A DNA stretch of 64,000 nucleotides from Felis catus (taxonomy: Eukaryota). The position numbers and the translations under genes are program-made. The notes under the pieces are model-generated. The model did not search any database. It was not told the origin of the DNA and was given only the letters and a program-made list of their open reading frames with translations. Location: positions 8,990,001-9,054,000 of the forward strand of contig NC_058369.1 in NCBI RefSeq assembly GCF_018350175.1, given 5' to 3'. Below are positions 1-24,852 of the stretch, piece by piece (positions within the stretch are counted from its first letter, which is position 1; every line of letters begins with the position of its first letter).

Positions 1-13250
<13,250 letters not shown>

Positions 13251-14279
13251 TGGTGGACCCGGTAACCTCTCGGCCACAGCTAGTTGCGCCTGTCCCCCCA
13301 CTCCTCCAGGAATTGAACTGTGTCTTTCTCCTCGCATCCAGAGGATGCTCCTGGGAGGAGCACAGTAAGCGCCCTCGTGGAAAGACCAGAGAAGACTTAG
13401 CCTAGGGTGGATTTTAGACCCCAGAGACAAAGGAAGGAAAGCCGGACAAAGGGAGCGGAGCACCTTTGCGTTCCTGAAGAAGCCTCTGCCACATTTTGTG
13501 TTATTTGCTTTCCAGTACCGTTTCATACTTTTTATGCGGATCTGAGAAAAACCCACATGAATATGAAATTCTAAATGATATTAATAAACGCTGAAGCAAA
13601 AGGCCTAAGTTGAATAGGGTGAAAGAGCCCAGGAAATTTAGGCAAGGGCAGGGTCATGATGAAAGGCATCTTCGTAATCCTTTCGCCACCGGAGGACAAA
13701 GTAGGGCACCCCGTTTAAGAGCAGAGCAGGATAGTAGGGAGGAGCTGGAGACCCTGGAGCGCCTGTTTCCCTCTTCCTAGCCAGGCCAATAACAAGGTGG
13801 GCAACCTCCTGCCGCTTTGAGCCTTGGTTTCCCCACTTGTCAAATGGGTATAAGAATAGTTTGCTGGGTTGGAGATCATCAAGTTAAGCATTACCAGGCC
13901 TGCCGTAAACTGTCTTTAAAAACGTGGCTTTTACCCCCCCCCCCCCCACCTCAAGGCCGTCCTTTCACTGTATTCAGCCACACCCTAAACCAATATTTAC
14001 TGAGTTGACTTAATCAACTAGGCCTCTAATCCCAAAGGGCAAGCCAGCACTGCCTCAAGAACTTTTTGGTTTCAGGGCAGGCAGGTCAGTTTTTGCCCCA
14101 ACCTGGAGGAAGGAGACACGTTTCTCGGCCCACTTTCCATTAGCAAAGTCAGCCCCCCTCCGTTCATTCATGAAAAACAGGTGCCGAAGACCTCTCCACT
14201 GGGGCCTCCCAGGTTTCAGAAGGATCTGATGGCGCCGAACGCCACTCAGTCGGGGAAGACTCCCTACAGGAGCAAACCA

Positions 14280-14560
14280 GTTTCCCACCTTTGCTGTACC
14301 GAGACCCGGCTGGAGAGACACGTGCGGAAACCCGCCGCCTACGCATGCGCAATGGCCTTCCCTCGCTTGCCCCTAGGCCCCAGAACTACAAATCCCGTCT
14401 CACCGCGCGCCCGCGTTGCCGCGCTTACGGACTCTGGCTGTGACTCAAAACCCGGGGGTCTGGAAACCTCCCCCCCCCCACCACGGAGGTGGGCATTGAG
14501 CAGAAGGAAGAGTGACATTGAGGGGCTGGGACGGGAAGTTTCGGGAACGGGTGTGGGAGT
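14280..14560 (-). promoter_or_regulatory. Probable upstream alternative TNPO2 promoter
   Basis: Small CpG cluster with NRF1-like CGCATGCGC (~14342), ZNF143/SBS-type ACTACAAATCCC (~14385) and ETS/STAT-like GGGAAGT/TTTCGGGAA (~14533-14548). Confidence 0.55.
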
Positions 14561-14869
14561 TTTCTGTTCAGGGTTGGGGATTGCTCCAGATAAGGGTCAG
14601 GTGGGGAGAGAGTTGGAGATGGGCGAGAAAATTTAATGCTCACCTTCTTTTCATATGTCAAGTTTCAAAAAGAAAATTAATAACAATAATAATAAGTCAA
14701 GTTCCCATTGGTCCCGCGCCAAGCCTTGGGGGAGAGGAGAGTTGGACAGAATAAAGTGACCCACCCTGCTTTTGTGGTCCAAGGTATCGGCCCTTGTGTG
14801 ATCATGGAAGTCTTTCTTCCTCTCCCCATCTAGTGGACTTGAGTACTGAATCCAGACTTTTTCCCTCCT

Positions 14870-14963
14870 TTTTTAAGGGAGGCTCCATGCCCAACGTGGG
14901 GCTTAAACTCACAACCCTAAGATCAAGAGTCACACGCTACTGAATGAGCCAGTCAGGTGCCCT
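14870..14963 (-). mobile_element. Can-SINE (short type)
   Basis: ggctccatgcccaacgtggggcttaaactcac...gagccagtcaggtgccc. Confidence 0.75.
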
Positions 14964-15330
14964 CATTTCACTATTTCTTAAGCCCGACCCTACTGCCTGT
15001 CAGGCAATTTCCTAATGTAATTCTCACAACAGCCCTGTACACAGCAAACTTACTTCAACTAGAAACTTACTTCAGCTAGAAACAGTGCAAAAAAGAAACG
15101 CAAGGAGCTGGTGCTCAACTGTTAATCTGAAATGGGAGACAAACGCCTCTCCGTTTACAACCGTGTCTCTGCTTGAGCATCTCTCCGCGCTGCTCCCACG
15201 TTTAAAGGTCACCATACGTCCCCCAACCCAAGCCAACTGCTTCACCCAGAGAATAATGACAGCTGTTTCAAATAATGTCAGGGTTAATGTTGACTTCATC
15301 AATATTGCCCTTGCTTTAGAACTTGACTCT

Positions 15331-15487
15331 GGGGCGGCTGGGTGGTGCGGTCGGTTAAGCGACAGATTCTTGATCTCAGCTCAGGTCATGATCTCACAGT
15401 TGGTGAGTACTGGGTTCTGGGCTGATGGTGCAAAGCCTGCTTGGGATTCTGTCTCTCCTCTCTGCCCCTCCCCTGCTTGTGCTCGCG

Positions 15488-15538
<51 letters not shown>

Positions 15539-15565
15539 AATAAATAAACTTAAAAAAAGAAAAAA
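15331..15565 (+). mobile_element. Can-SINE with expanded (CT)n
   Basis: Head, (CT)n ~15490-15535 and A tail; TSD aga(a/c)cttgac(t/c)ctg. Confidence 0.85.
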
Positions 15566-17150
15566 GACCTTGACCCTGCCGATGCTTCTGTATTGTACCC
15601 CTATTTTATAGATGAAAAACTTGAACCCCAGAAAGGCTAAGTGACTTACCCAAGATCACACAACCAACAGGCATCAGAATAGTTTGCAGCCACGACCGTG
15701 TGACTCACCAAACCCTGAATTTGATTCTCCTTCCCCTTCAGACTTTCCCCAGGTCACGACTGGTGAATGCAGTGAAGGGGGATGCTGGGACTCCATCAGC
15801 TCCTCCTGCCTCCTGACACTCCAGAAAAGAGGCTGAGCTGCTGCAGGGGCGACCTACTTCTCCCACTTGTGTTTCTTTTTAAAGATCCAGCGGCTGCTGG
15901 TGCCTTTGAGGGAGGAGGTAAGGGTGGCGCCATCGGCCTTCTATGTCCCCTCCCCCAACACTACATCCCCGAGGCTGAAGTTACACCTGGGCCAGCTCAC
16001 CATCCCCAAAACAGGAGGGAGAGACCTTTGAGCCAATGTGGAAGATCAACCGGACAAGCCTTGCAGCAGGAAGTTAGCAGGAAGCGAGAGGGGCAGGTCT
16101 CCTTGTCCGAAGCCCGCTACCGCTCTCCTCTTTGAGGAGCCAGGGGTGCTCTCAGCTGGGTGTCTTTGCACCTACTGTTCCTTTGGCCTTGAACCCTTCC
16201 AAGGATCTTCACTGCTCTCAGAATTTGGGGCAAATGTTAACCTTCTCGGGGCCATCCCTGACCAACTTCAACTTGCCATCTCTCCCACCCTCATCTCTGC
16301 CCCCCTTTCATACACCCCCCACCCCCATAGAACGTATAACCTTCCGATGTGTGATGCGTTCTGTATTCTATTTTGTTTCTTGTTTCCTCATCTAGAATGT
16401 TAGCTCCACTAAAACAAGGAGTCTTGCCGGTCTGGGTCCTCCGTGTCTGGAAGGCCCACCCCATCCCCCACAGGCTGGATCTGTCAGTCTGAGGCCAGGT
16501 GGATACCACCTCAGCCTTCCTCCCTCTGCCTACACAGGTCCCAGGCACCAGGTGGCCATCACGAACTGCCATCATCTTCCAAGTCGTGGCCCTCCTGACG
16601 GAAGGGGGATGGGAGCCTGAATCTGGGATGGGGAGGAGTGCCAGCTGCTCGGCATTCCTGCACGGGAAGGCCTGGGAGGTGGGCCCAAGGCTGGGGGGAC
16701 CCAGATGTCGCTCCAGGTCTGGGAGACTTGAGAAAGGATCATCAGGAGGCACGGGCGTTTTAAAGCGTTTGTGGGTTCACTGGAGAACAGGCAGCCAGGC
16801 AGCTTCCAGGAGGGCACAGAAGTACAAGGAGCACTAAAAGGACACGAGGGGAGTCAGGCTTCCTTTAGGACACTCCATCCCGACATGTCAACAGTCATGT
16901 TCTGCAAGGTGGCATCTGTGCTGCTGATCACATATACATAAGGGTGGGGTCGACCCAGCCTCCCTGGGAGGGCTGCAGGGAGCTGGCAGGACAGAGCAGC
17001 CCCGCCAGAGTCCAGATCCTAGCCCTGCTCACTTCCTCAACCCCCAACTGTCCACCTCTTCCCCTCCCCCGGTCCCGGCCCAGCCTCATCTCCGGGTTCT
17101 GCCCCAGGGCCCTCTTCAGTCTGTTCTCCACACAGAAGCCAAAAGGGGCC

Positions 17151-17370
17151 GGGGCGCCTGGGTGGCTCAGTCGGTTGAGCGGCCGACTTCGGCTCAGGTC
17201 ATGATCTCGCGGTCCGTGAGTTCGAGCCCCGCGTTGGGCTCTCAGAGCCTGGAGCCTGTTTCAGATTCTGTGTCTCCCTCTCTCTGACCCTCCCCCGTTC
17301 ATGCTCTGTCTCTCTGTCTTAAAAACAAATAAACGTTAAAAAAAAAAAAAAAAAAACTTAAAAAAAAAAA
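17151..17370 (+). mobile_element. SINEC_Fc-like Can-SINE
   Basis: ggggcgcctgggtggctcagtcggttgagc..., long A tail, TSD aaaagggg(g)cc. Confidence 0.9.
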
Positions 17371-17399
17371 GGGGGCCTATTAAATATAACCTGTGGCTC

Positions 17400-17840
17400 C
17401 CAGGCTCATACTGCCCCCCCCCAGGCTTCTTCTAAGCATGAAGTCCCAAATCCTGACCCTAGCACACAAGGCTCTGTATATAATCCACACACCCTCCTCA
17501 CTCTTTAGGCTCAGTCATACGGGCCACCTTGAAGCTCCCCACAAAGGCCCCATGTTCTCCCACCTGTTTTCACACTGGCTATTCCCTCCACCTGCTTCCT
17601 CACTTCCCTCAGGACTCAGATCAGATGTCAAGGGAAACAGACACCCTCCCCCTAGCCTCCACCCTGTACTTCTTCCCAGTCACCTCCCAAAATGGCTTCC
17701 CCCTTTTTGTCTGGTGTGTTTCCTTCCAAAAGGGCAGGAAGTATATATGGTCTGTTCCATTCACTGCTGTGGCCCCAGGTCCCAGAAAACCCTGGGGCAC
17801 ACAGTAGGCACTCATTAAGTGTCTGCTGAATGAACAAACT
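17400..17840 (+). mobile_element. L2 3' fragment
   Basis: Ends in ...ggggcacacagtaggcactcattaagtgtctgctgaatgaa, the typical L2 3' terminus. Confidence 0.6.
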
Positions 17841-18430
17841 GACAGCTGTGGCCCAGCCAGAGAGGGCTAGGATATGATCCTGAACATGAGGAGCAACAGT
17901 GGGGGCTCTGTCAGGGGTAGGGGGAAACGGGTCCCGAGGAGAGTCCAGGAGAACAGGAGAGGATGCACTCCTGTCTTCCCCGTGCTCCCCAACAGTCCCC
18001 TCACCAAGCCAGACCCAGGACCAGGTGCAGGACTAGGCCGTGGCGAGGAGGGGAGGCTTAGGGTGGAAAGAACAAAGAAGGCAGACCAAGCACACAGCTC
18101 CGGCACTAAGTCAAGTTCTTTACTTCCCAGAAGTGATGGCTAAGGGGTGGGGTGGGGTGGGGTGGGGTGGGGAGGAAGACAGAAAAAGCCAGAGAGAGCG
18201 AGGAGGTAGGAGGAGAGGGGACAGTAAACCACTGTTCTATGAAGTCTCAGGAGGCAAGTGCTCAAGGTAAAAAAGAGTCCTGGAGAATCGTCCGCGGCTG
18301 CGGGAAGCATCTCGATTTCCTTCTGTGTAGAAGTCCTTGGGGAGGGGAAAGGCTGCCGCCGCTGCCGCTGCATTAAATAGTTATGTACATCGCAGAGAGT
18401 CCCAGGCCGTAGGCAGGCGGGGGAAGGGGG

Positions 18431-21400
18431 TCATTTCACCAGGGGCCGAGTTTTATCATCATCGCCGCACTGATGGGCTTTGTACTTTTTCACCTCTGCC
18501 ATGTACTTGGCCCACGCATCACCTTTACTTGTTAATACCTGTGGGTGGGGGGCACACAGGGGTTGCAAGGGGATACCGAGGAGGCCAGGGACAGGGGGTC
18601 AGGACTGTCCTGAGACAGCTGACACCCACCTTCCCCCAAGTCACCCTCAAGGTCCTGGGTTTGAGGTAAAGAAATGCAGACTCAAGTTATCTGGGGATCC
18701 TGTTGAAAGCCCTCCTCCTCGCACCCGCACCCAGCACACCCACCCAAGGCCCCCAGGTGCTAGACAGAGAGGGAAAGGGCTCAGCAGCCAGGCACCGAGG
18801 CTGGAAGGGAAAGGCACGGTGAGTGGTCCCCCCCCCCCGCTCCCCCTCCGCCGCCCACCCCCCCCCCCNNNNNNNNNNNNNNNNNNNNNNNNNNNNNNNN
18901 NNNNNNNNNNNNNNNNNNNNNNNNNNNNNNNNNNNNNNNNNNNNNNNNNNNNNNNNNNNNNNNNNNNNNNNNNNNNNNNNNNNNNNNNNNNNNNNNNNNN
19001 NNNNNNNNNNNNNNNNNNNNNNNNNNNNNNNNNNNNNNNNNNNNNNNNNNNNNNNNNNNNNNNNTCCCGACGCCGCGCCCAGCTCCGCCAGCCGGCCGAC
19101 CTGCGCAGCAATCAGAGAGGAGCACACGCGACTCTTAGCGCCTGCCCTGGGCCCATGATGCCCTGGCAGTCCTGGGCCCCTGGGCTGCCCTCCCTGAAAG
19201 CGAGAAGAACCCCCACATCAGTGGGGACAGGCTGTCCTCACTCTCCCTCCGGAAGCTTCCCCCGCCCCTAGCAGGGACCACACACTCAGCAACAGCTCCC
19301 TTTACTGAGCACTCACTGTATGCTAAGCTCTGTGCCAAGTACTTTGGATGTGTCATCCTTCACGTTCACAGCTGCCCTAAGGTGAAGGTTACAACCATCC
19401 CCATTTCACAGATAAGGAAACATCTTTAAGGAGAGGGCCCTGCCCTAGGTCCTGCTGGCAGCAAACAACGGAACTGGATTCAGGGTTGGATGGGTCCAGG
19501 TCACAGAGCAACATCCTTAACCGCCAAGCGACAGCGTCTCCCCTGCACCTCAACTGGCCCCTTTAAGAGCGCCCCTCCGTGAGTAAACGAAAAAGGCAGT
19601 GACAACCACTGTCACTGTCACTTAACAAAGGGGTACTCAGCCTCCGCCTCTAGTACTTCCACCAACCCTAGGAACCTAGGTCTGAACACTTCCCCTCCAA
19701 CAGAAGTCTCACTCTAGATCTCATCCTGGTCCTCCACCTGCTCCCACGGACAGCACTTTCTGTGCCCACGTGCGGCAGACAGGTTTCACACACATCATCC
19801 CCTCTCTACCCCTCAACCAGGCATCAAGTGACCTGTGCTGCTGGGACTCGTCCCATACACTTTTCACAAATGAACAAACTGAGGCTTGGAGAGGTTAGAT
19901 CGCCTGCCCCAAACGACACTGTTAGATCCAAAACTTGACCTCCAGTCTGTTACTCTCAAGCCAACACTTTCCTCCACACCACACAGACCTCATCTCTGAG
20001 CAAATGAATACCCAGGCTGTGAGTTAGCTGCTTGCTTTTCATTCTTCTTTTTGTTGTTGTTGTTATTAAAGAAACTTGTCAGTTTTTTTTTTTTTTTTTC
20101 AAACAGGCTCCATGCCCAAGGTCGGGCTTGAACTCTAGACCCTGAGATCAAGAGTCGCGTGGCCTACCAACTGAGCCAGAGAGGAGCCCCCAGGGACTTG
20201 ATCTTAATATCAGAAACAAAGCAAGCTCAGAGATGAGCATCAATATAGTTGCCATTTATTTAGCCTAGAGTTTCTCAACCTCACACTGGTGACATTTTGA
20301 GCTGGGGTCAGGGGGCTATCCTGTGCATTGTAGGATTTGAGCAGCAGCTCTAGCCCCTACTCACAGATGTCAACAGCACCCCTCCCCCAGTTCTGACAAC
20401 CCCAAATTTCTCCAGACTGCCAAATTGTGGGGGTGGAGGGTAGGGTGGGGTGGGGTGTTCATTCCCAATTGAGAATCACTGGTGGTTTAACCCTTCCTAT
20501 AAGACAAACCCGGCACTAACCTCCCGGATGGCCTCACGGAACCCCCACCACGTCAGAAAATGCAATGATACCCGTTTTTGTAAATAGGAAATTTAAGGAT
20601 AGGCCAGCCCAGATACTCCAGGAAAGCAACGATCTTGTCATGTTCAACACGGCATATCCAGCACCCAGCACAATGCTCAGCATAAGGTAAGGTGCTCAAT
20701 AAACGGACACTGGGCGAATGAAACTCAGGGAAATAGAGCAAATTTCCTAAGGTCACACAGTAAGCGTTCTGAAAGTCTCTAATCCACACAGCTCAGATTC
20801 CAGATTTGAATTTGCCCCCCCTTCCCCATAGTGGAAGATGGTCCCATTATCCAAGTTCAGGTACCACTCAAATAGGAATCCCGGGATCCTGATTTCCCCC
20901 TCCACGGAGCGCTGTTTCGAATGCAATTCCCTGGTTCCCGGCCCCCGCGGGCGGGCTCCGGGGGTCCCCACCCCCGCCCCCAAACCTCTCGTCGAGAATC
21001 CAGTTTCCGGATCCTTAGCGGGCGACCCGAACAGCCCCCTCATCTGGGCTGGAGGGTGGACCCCGATCCCGATCCCCTTTCTCGGGCCCCGAATCCCTCT
21101 GCCAAGGCAGGCCCTGGCGCCCGCCCCCACCCCCGCGGCTCCTTACGAAGCTGAGCGTAGGGCCCGGGCCGCCCTTCCTCTTCAGATCCCCAGGGCCCGC
21201 GGCGGCGGCGGCGGCAGGCTGGTCGGGTCGCGGCGGGCCCGGGGGCGGCTCCTCCTGCCGCTGCCGCTGCTCCTCCTCCATCTTCCGCTTGAACAGCTCC
21301 AGGAAGCTGCCGTCGTTGGCGAACAAGTTCACACCGCCCGACACCGGGCTAGAACCCGCGCCCGACGCTTCCTCGTCCCCGCTCTCGGGCGACGTCCCGG

Positions 21401-21497
21401 GCCCAGACTCAGCCCATCGGCTCCCGACGCCGCCGCCGCCCGCGGGGCCCGGCGCCTCCCGGCCCGGAGGCTCCGCCCGTCTCCCTCGGGCAGCCAT
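18431..21497 (-). CDS. TRIR: Telomerase RNA component interacting RNase (C19orf43)
   Basis: Exon 1 CDS 21147-21497 (MAARGRRAEPPGRE...NLFANDGSFLELFKRKMEEEQRQRQEE...TLSF|gtaagg). Last exon CDS 18431-18538 (VLTSKGDAWAKYMAEVKKYKAHQCGDDDKTRPLVK*). The middle exon is not visible and presumably lies in the N gap 18869-19064. Candidate AGTAAA poly(A) signal at 18119-18124. Confidence 0.93.
18869..19064. other. Assembly gap (N)
   Basis: 196 N. Further gaps at 62209-62340, 62597-62789 and 62879-63012. Confidence 1.
20083..20191 (-). mobile_element. Can-SINE (short type)
   Basis: Poly-T followed by the antisense head ending ...gagccagagaggagcccc. Confidence 0.75.
20266..20481. mobile_element. MER20-like hAT DNA transposon remnant
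   Basis: tttctcaacc...gacattttg...tcctgtgcattgtaggat...ttgagaatcactg, with terminal inverted repeats. Confidence 0.7.
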
Positions 21498-22998
21498 TTT
21501 GTCGCCAGGTGCCGCGCAAAGGACTCCGGGAAGGCGGCTCCGGCCAGGCGCTTGGCGCCCGACTTGCCCCGTCCCAGGCAATGCATGCCGGGAAGAGCGG
21601 TCTGGCCCTCAAGCGTCCGCAGTGGGGGCGGAGTATGTGGGGCGGGGCGAATAAGGGGTAAAACCAGAAGCGACGAGCCCGCCCAGCCACGCGGGTTCTT
21701 ATAATCCAGCTAGGTTTGGGCAGGCATTACGCATAGTCTCCCGGGGAATGGAGCCATTGTCTGAGACTGGGGCTGTAGCTGGCTCTCCGGAGTGAAGTTC
21801 CCGCTTGAAACTGGGGGCACATTAGCCTTCCGGGGCTAAGATCCCCTTCTGGCACCAGGGATAATCTCTCTGAGGGAAAGGACCCCAACAGAGACGGTGT
21901 ACCCAACTGACACCTCGGAACGGAGGTCCCTATCTCGGTCTAGAGGACATATCTAGCCTGACCCCCGCCCCCGACTAGAAATGGGGATTTTTTTGGGTTG
22001 TGTATCTGCCTCTGAGATGGAGCTCTCCTTTGGGAATGGGAACACAGCTGGCTCCGTGGAGCTGGGGTCCCCATCTGACAACAAGGGTGTATTTGGGGGG
22101 CTGGAGTACTCAAGTGAAGCCGCGGATATTTCTAGGCTGTAGTCTATCTAAGGTTAAGAGTGTTCACCAAGGGCCTGGGACCCTGCTGTATTCCTGCCCA
22201 GGACAGAGGTTCAAACAGGGAATTCGAAGGAGTCTCCCCTCCCAGCAGGAAACAGTGCAAGAAGGTTTTCGGGAATAGGGTCCTTTCTGCGACAAAGAGT
22301 GCAGTTGCAGGTGTGGTCCCTGCCCTGGACTGCCCAGCACGGCGCACTGGACAAAGATCTGCGGACCCTGCCCACAACTGGAGTTGTCCCTCTAACCTAT
22401 TTGCAGTCCAGGAACCTGTCTTCAGCCAACTAATCGTTTCGTCTGTGATTGGTTTGCGTCAAGAGCCAGGTGGCTCACAGCCAATTGGATAACAGAGGAG
22501 ACGAACCTGAGGAGATATCGGGAACCAATTTGGAGAATAGGGAAAATGATCGACAGGGAGTTGAACCTATGGAGTCAGGCCAGGGCGGACCTCAGCTCTA
22601 ACTTCTTGGAGAGGGCCTGGACTGGGTGTTTGGCTGGTTGCTAAGGAGAGGTTGGCGGCTACCGGGACGAGAAAATGATTGGTGAAAGTGAGAAAAAAAC
22701 TGCAGCCAATGAAAGGAGAGCTAGGAGACCTGCGGTCCAATCAGTGAAGGGGAGTAGTCTGAAAAGTACCAATAGGTCAACTCGGCAGGGGGAGTCTTTG
22801 AAGAATCATAGACAAAAGGGCGACAAAGTGAACCCTAGAAGCGGAAGACAATAGAAATATAGCTTCTATTATCTTCTAAAAGTCAGGCCATGAGGAAATT
22901 AATCCAGGCTCCTCGACTTGATGGGTATGTGCTAGGAAATTTCCCCTGTAGGTGCTTTTCATGGTGCGCTCCGCTTGATCACGTGAGCCCGTTCCAAG
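21498..22998. promoter_or_regulatory. Head-to-head TRIR/GET3 promoter region
   Basis: Divergent ATGs 1.5 kb apart. GC boxes and ETS CCGGAAG near TRIR; multiple CCAAT boxes at 22447-22773; TCACGTGA at 22979-22986; YY1-type motifs over both start codons. Confidence 0.75.
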
Positions 22999-24805
22999 AT
23001 GGCGGCAGGGGTGGCCGGGTGGGGGGTTGAGGCAGAGGAGTTCGAGGATGCGCCTGATGTGGAGCCGCTGGAGCCCACGCTTAGCAACATCATCGAACAG
23101 CGCAGCCTTAAGTGGATCTTCGTCGGGGGCAAGGGTGGCGTTGGCAAGACCACCTGCAGGTAAGGAAACTCCGGCGGGGGGTAGAGAAGACGGGTGGGAT
23201 GTACCACTGGGCGAAGGGGAGGCTCGGGACTGGCTCTTCCACCCCAAGCGGGCAAGGGGGCTGGGCCGTCGTGTTCCTGATTCCCAAACTCCAGAAGTTA
23301 CCTGGGGCAAATTGAAGACACTGCCGAATGCAGGCCTGGAACCCCCTGAGTTGGACCCTCCCCGTTGGGGTTCAAGGGCAGAACTGCATTGAACGCAGCG
23401 CACGGGAGCCAGGAGACTACTTAGGTGTCTCAATCAGCTGGAATGTACCAGAGTGAACTCAAAGTAGGGGGAGGGGCATCGGGGCGGACTATCCTAGTAG
23501 GGTGAACCTTGCCATTCCAAGGCCACGTGGGGGTAGAGGTGGTAGGCGGGAGGGGTCACGTGATTAGACTATCCCCGGCTGCTGGGAGGAGGGGGAGGGT
23601 CCCTGGGGCAAATTACCCTGAAGAAGTGGACTGAACCATCCTGAGTTTAGCGGGTAATGCAAGGGACCCCTTAGCTTAGTGTTTAGGGAGGGGGCACGAG
23701 GTCAATTTAGGCTAGCTGGACCGTGCCACTCCATACCAACAAAGAAGAAGCAGGCATCAGGCCAGACCGACTCAGACAGCTGAACCTCACTACTGTAGCC
23801 CCCCCAGAGGGGTCAGTGGGTGAAGTTTGAGAGGGTCCCTCAACAGGAATTAAGGCTTGATTCTGTAGCTACCCATATTCCTCTCTCAAGGTCCCTGCTG
23901 ATCAGGGTCCCCTGCCCCTGGGGCCTATATAACCCTTTGCAGACCTAGGGAGCAGAGGCTGACACCTCACTCCCTGCCTTTTGACCTTTCCCTCGGCCAG
24001 CTGCAGCTTAGCGGTCCAGCTATCCAAGGGGAGGGAGAGTGTTCTGATCATCTCCACCGACCCAGCCCACAACATCTCCGATGCATTTGACCAGAAGTTC
24101 TCCAAGGTGCCTACCAAGGTCAAAGGCTATGACAACCTCTTCGCCATGGTGAGTGAAGCTGGGCTCAGCTCCCCACTCTGGCAAAGGCCCTTCAGCCCCT
24201 GTCTGTGAACACCCACCATCGGCTACCTTGTCCTGGCCATTCTGCATCATGTCTCCAATTTCATACCCACAGGAGAATGAGTGAGGAATGTTTGCAGAGC
24301 AGAAAGGAGGCCGGAGTGACCAGAGTTTAGTGAACAAGGGGAGGGGAAGAAATGTCAGATAGGTCAATCACAGACACGTGGCATAGGATCTTACCAGCCA
24401 CTGGGAGCAGTTATGTTTGATTCCAAGTTTAAATGGGAAGCTGCTTTAAGCAGGGCAATGTCATGGCCAAATTCATTTTTCTTTTTCTTTTTTTTATAAG
24501 TTTTTTTTTTTTTTTTTTTTAATTTTTAACATCTATTTATTTTTGAGACAGAGACAGAGCATGAACAGGGGAGGGTCAGAGAAAGAGGGAGACACAGAAT
24601 CTGAAACAGGCTCCAGGCTCTGAGCTGTCAGCACAGAGCCCGACGCGGGGCTCGAACCCACGGACCGTGAGATCATGACCTGAGCCAAAGTCAGACGCTT
24701 AACCGACTGAGCCACCCAGGCGCCCCATAAGTTTTTTTTTTGTTTATTCATTTTTGAGAGAGAGAAACAGAGCACGAATGGGGGAGGGGCTGAGAGGCGC
24801 GCGCA

Positions 24806-24852
<47 letters not shown>

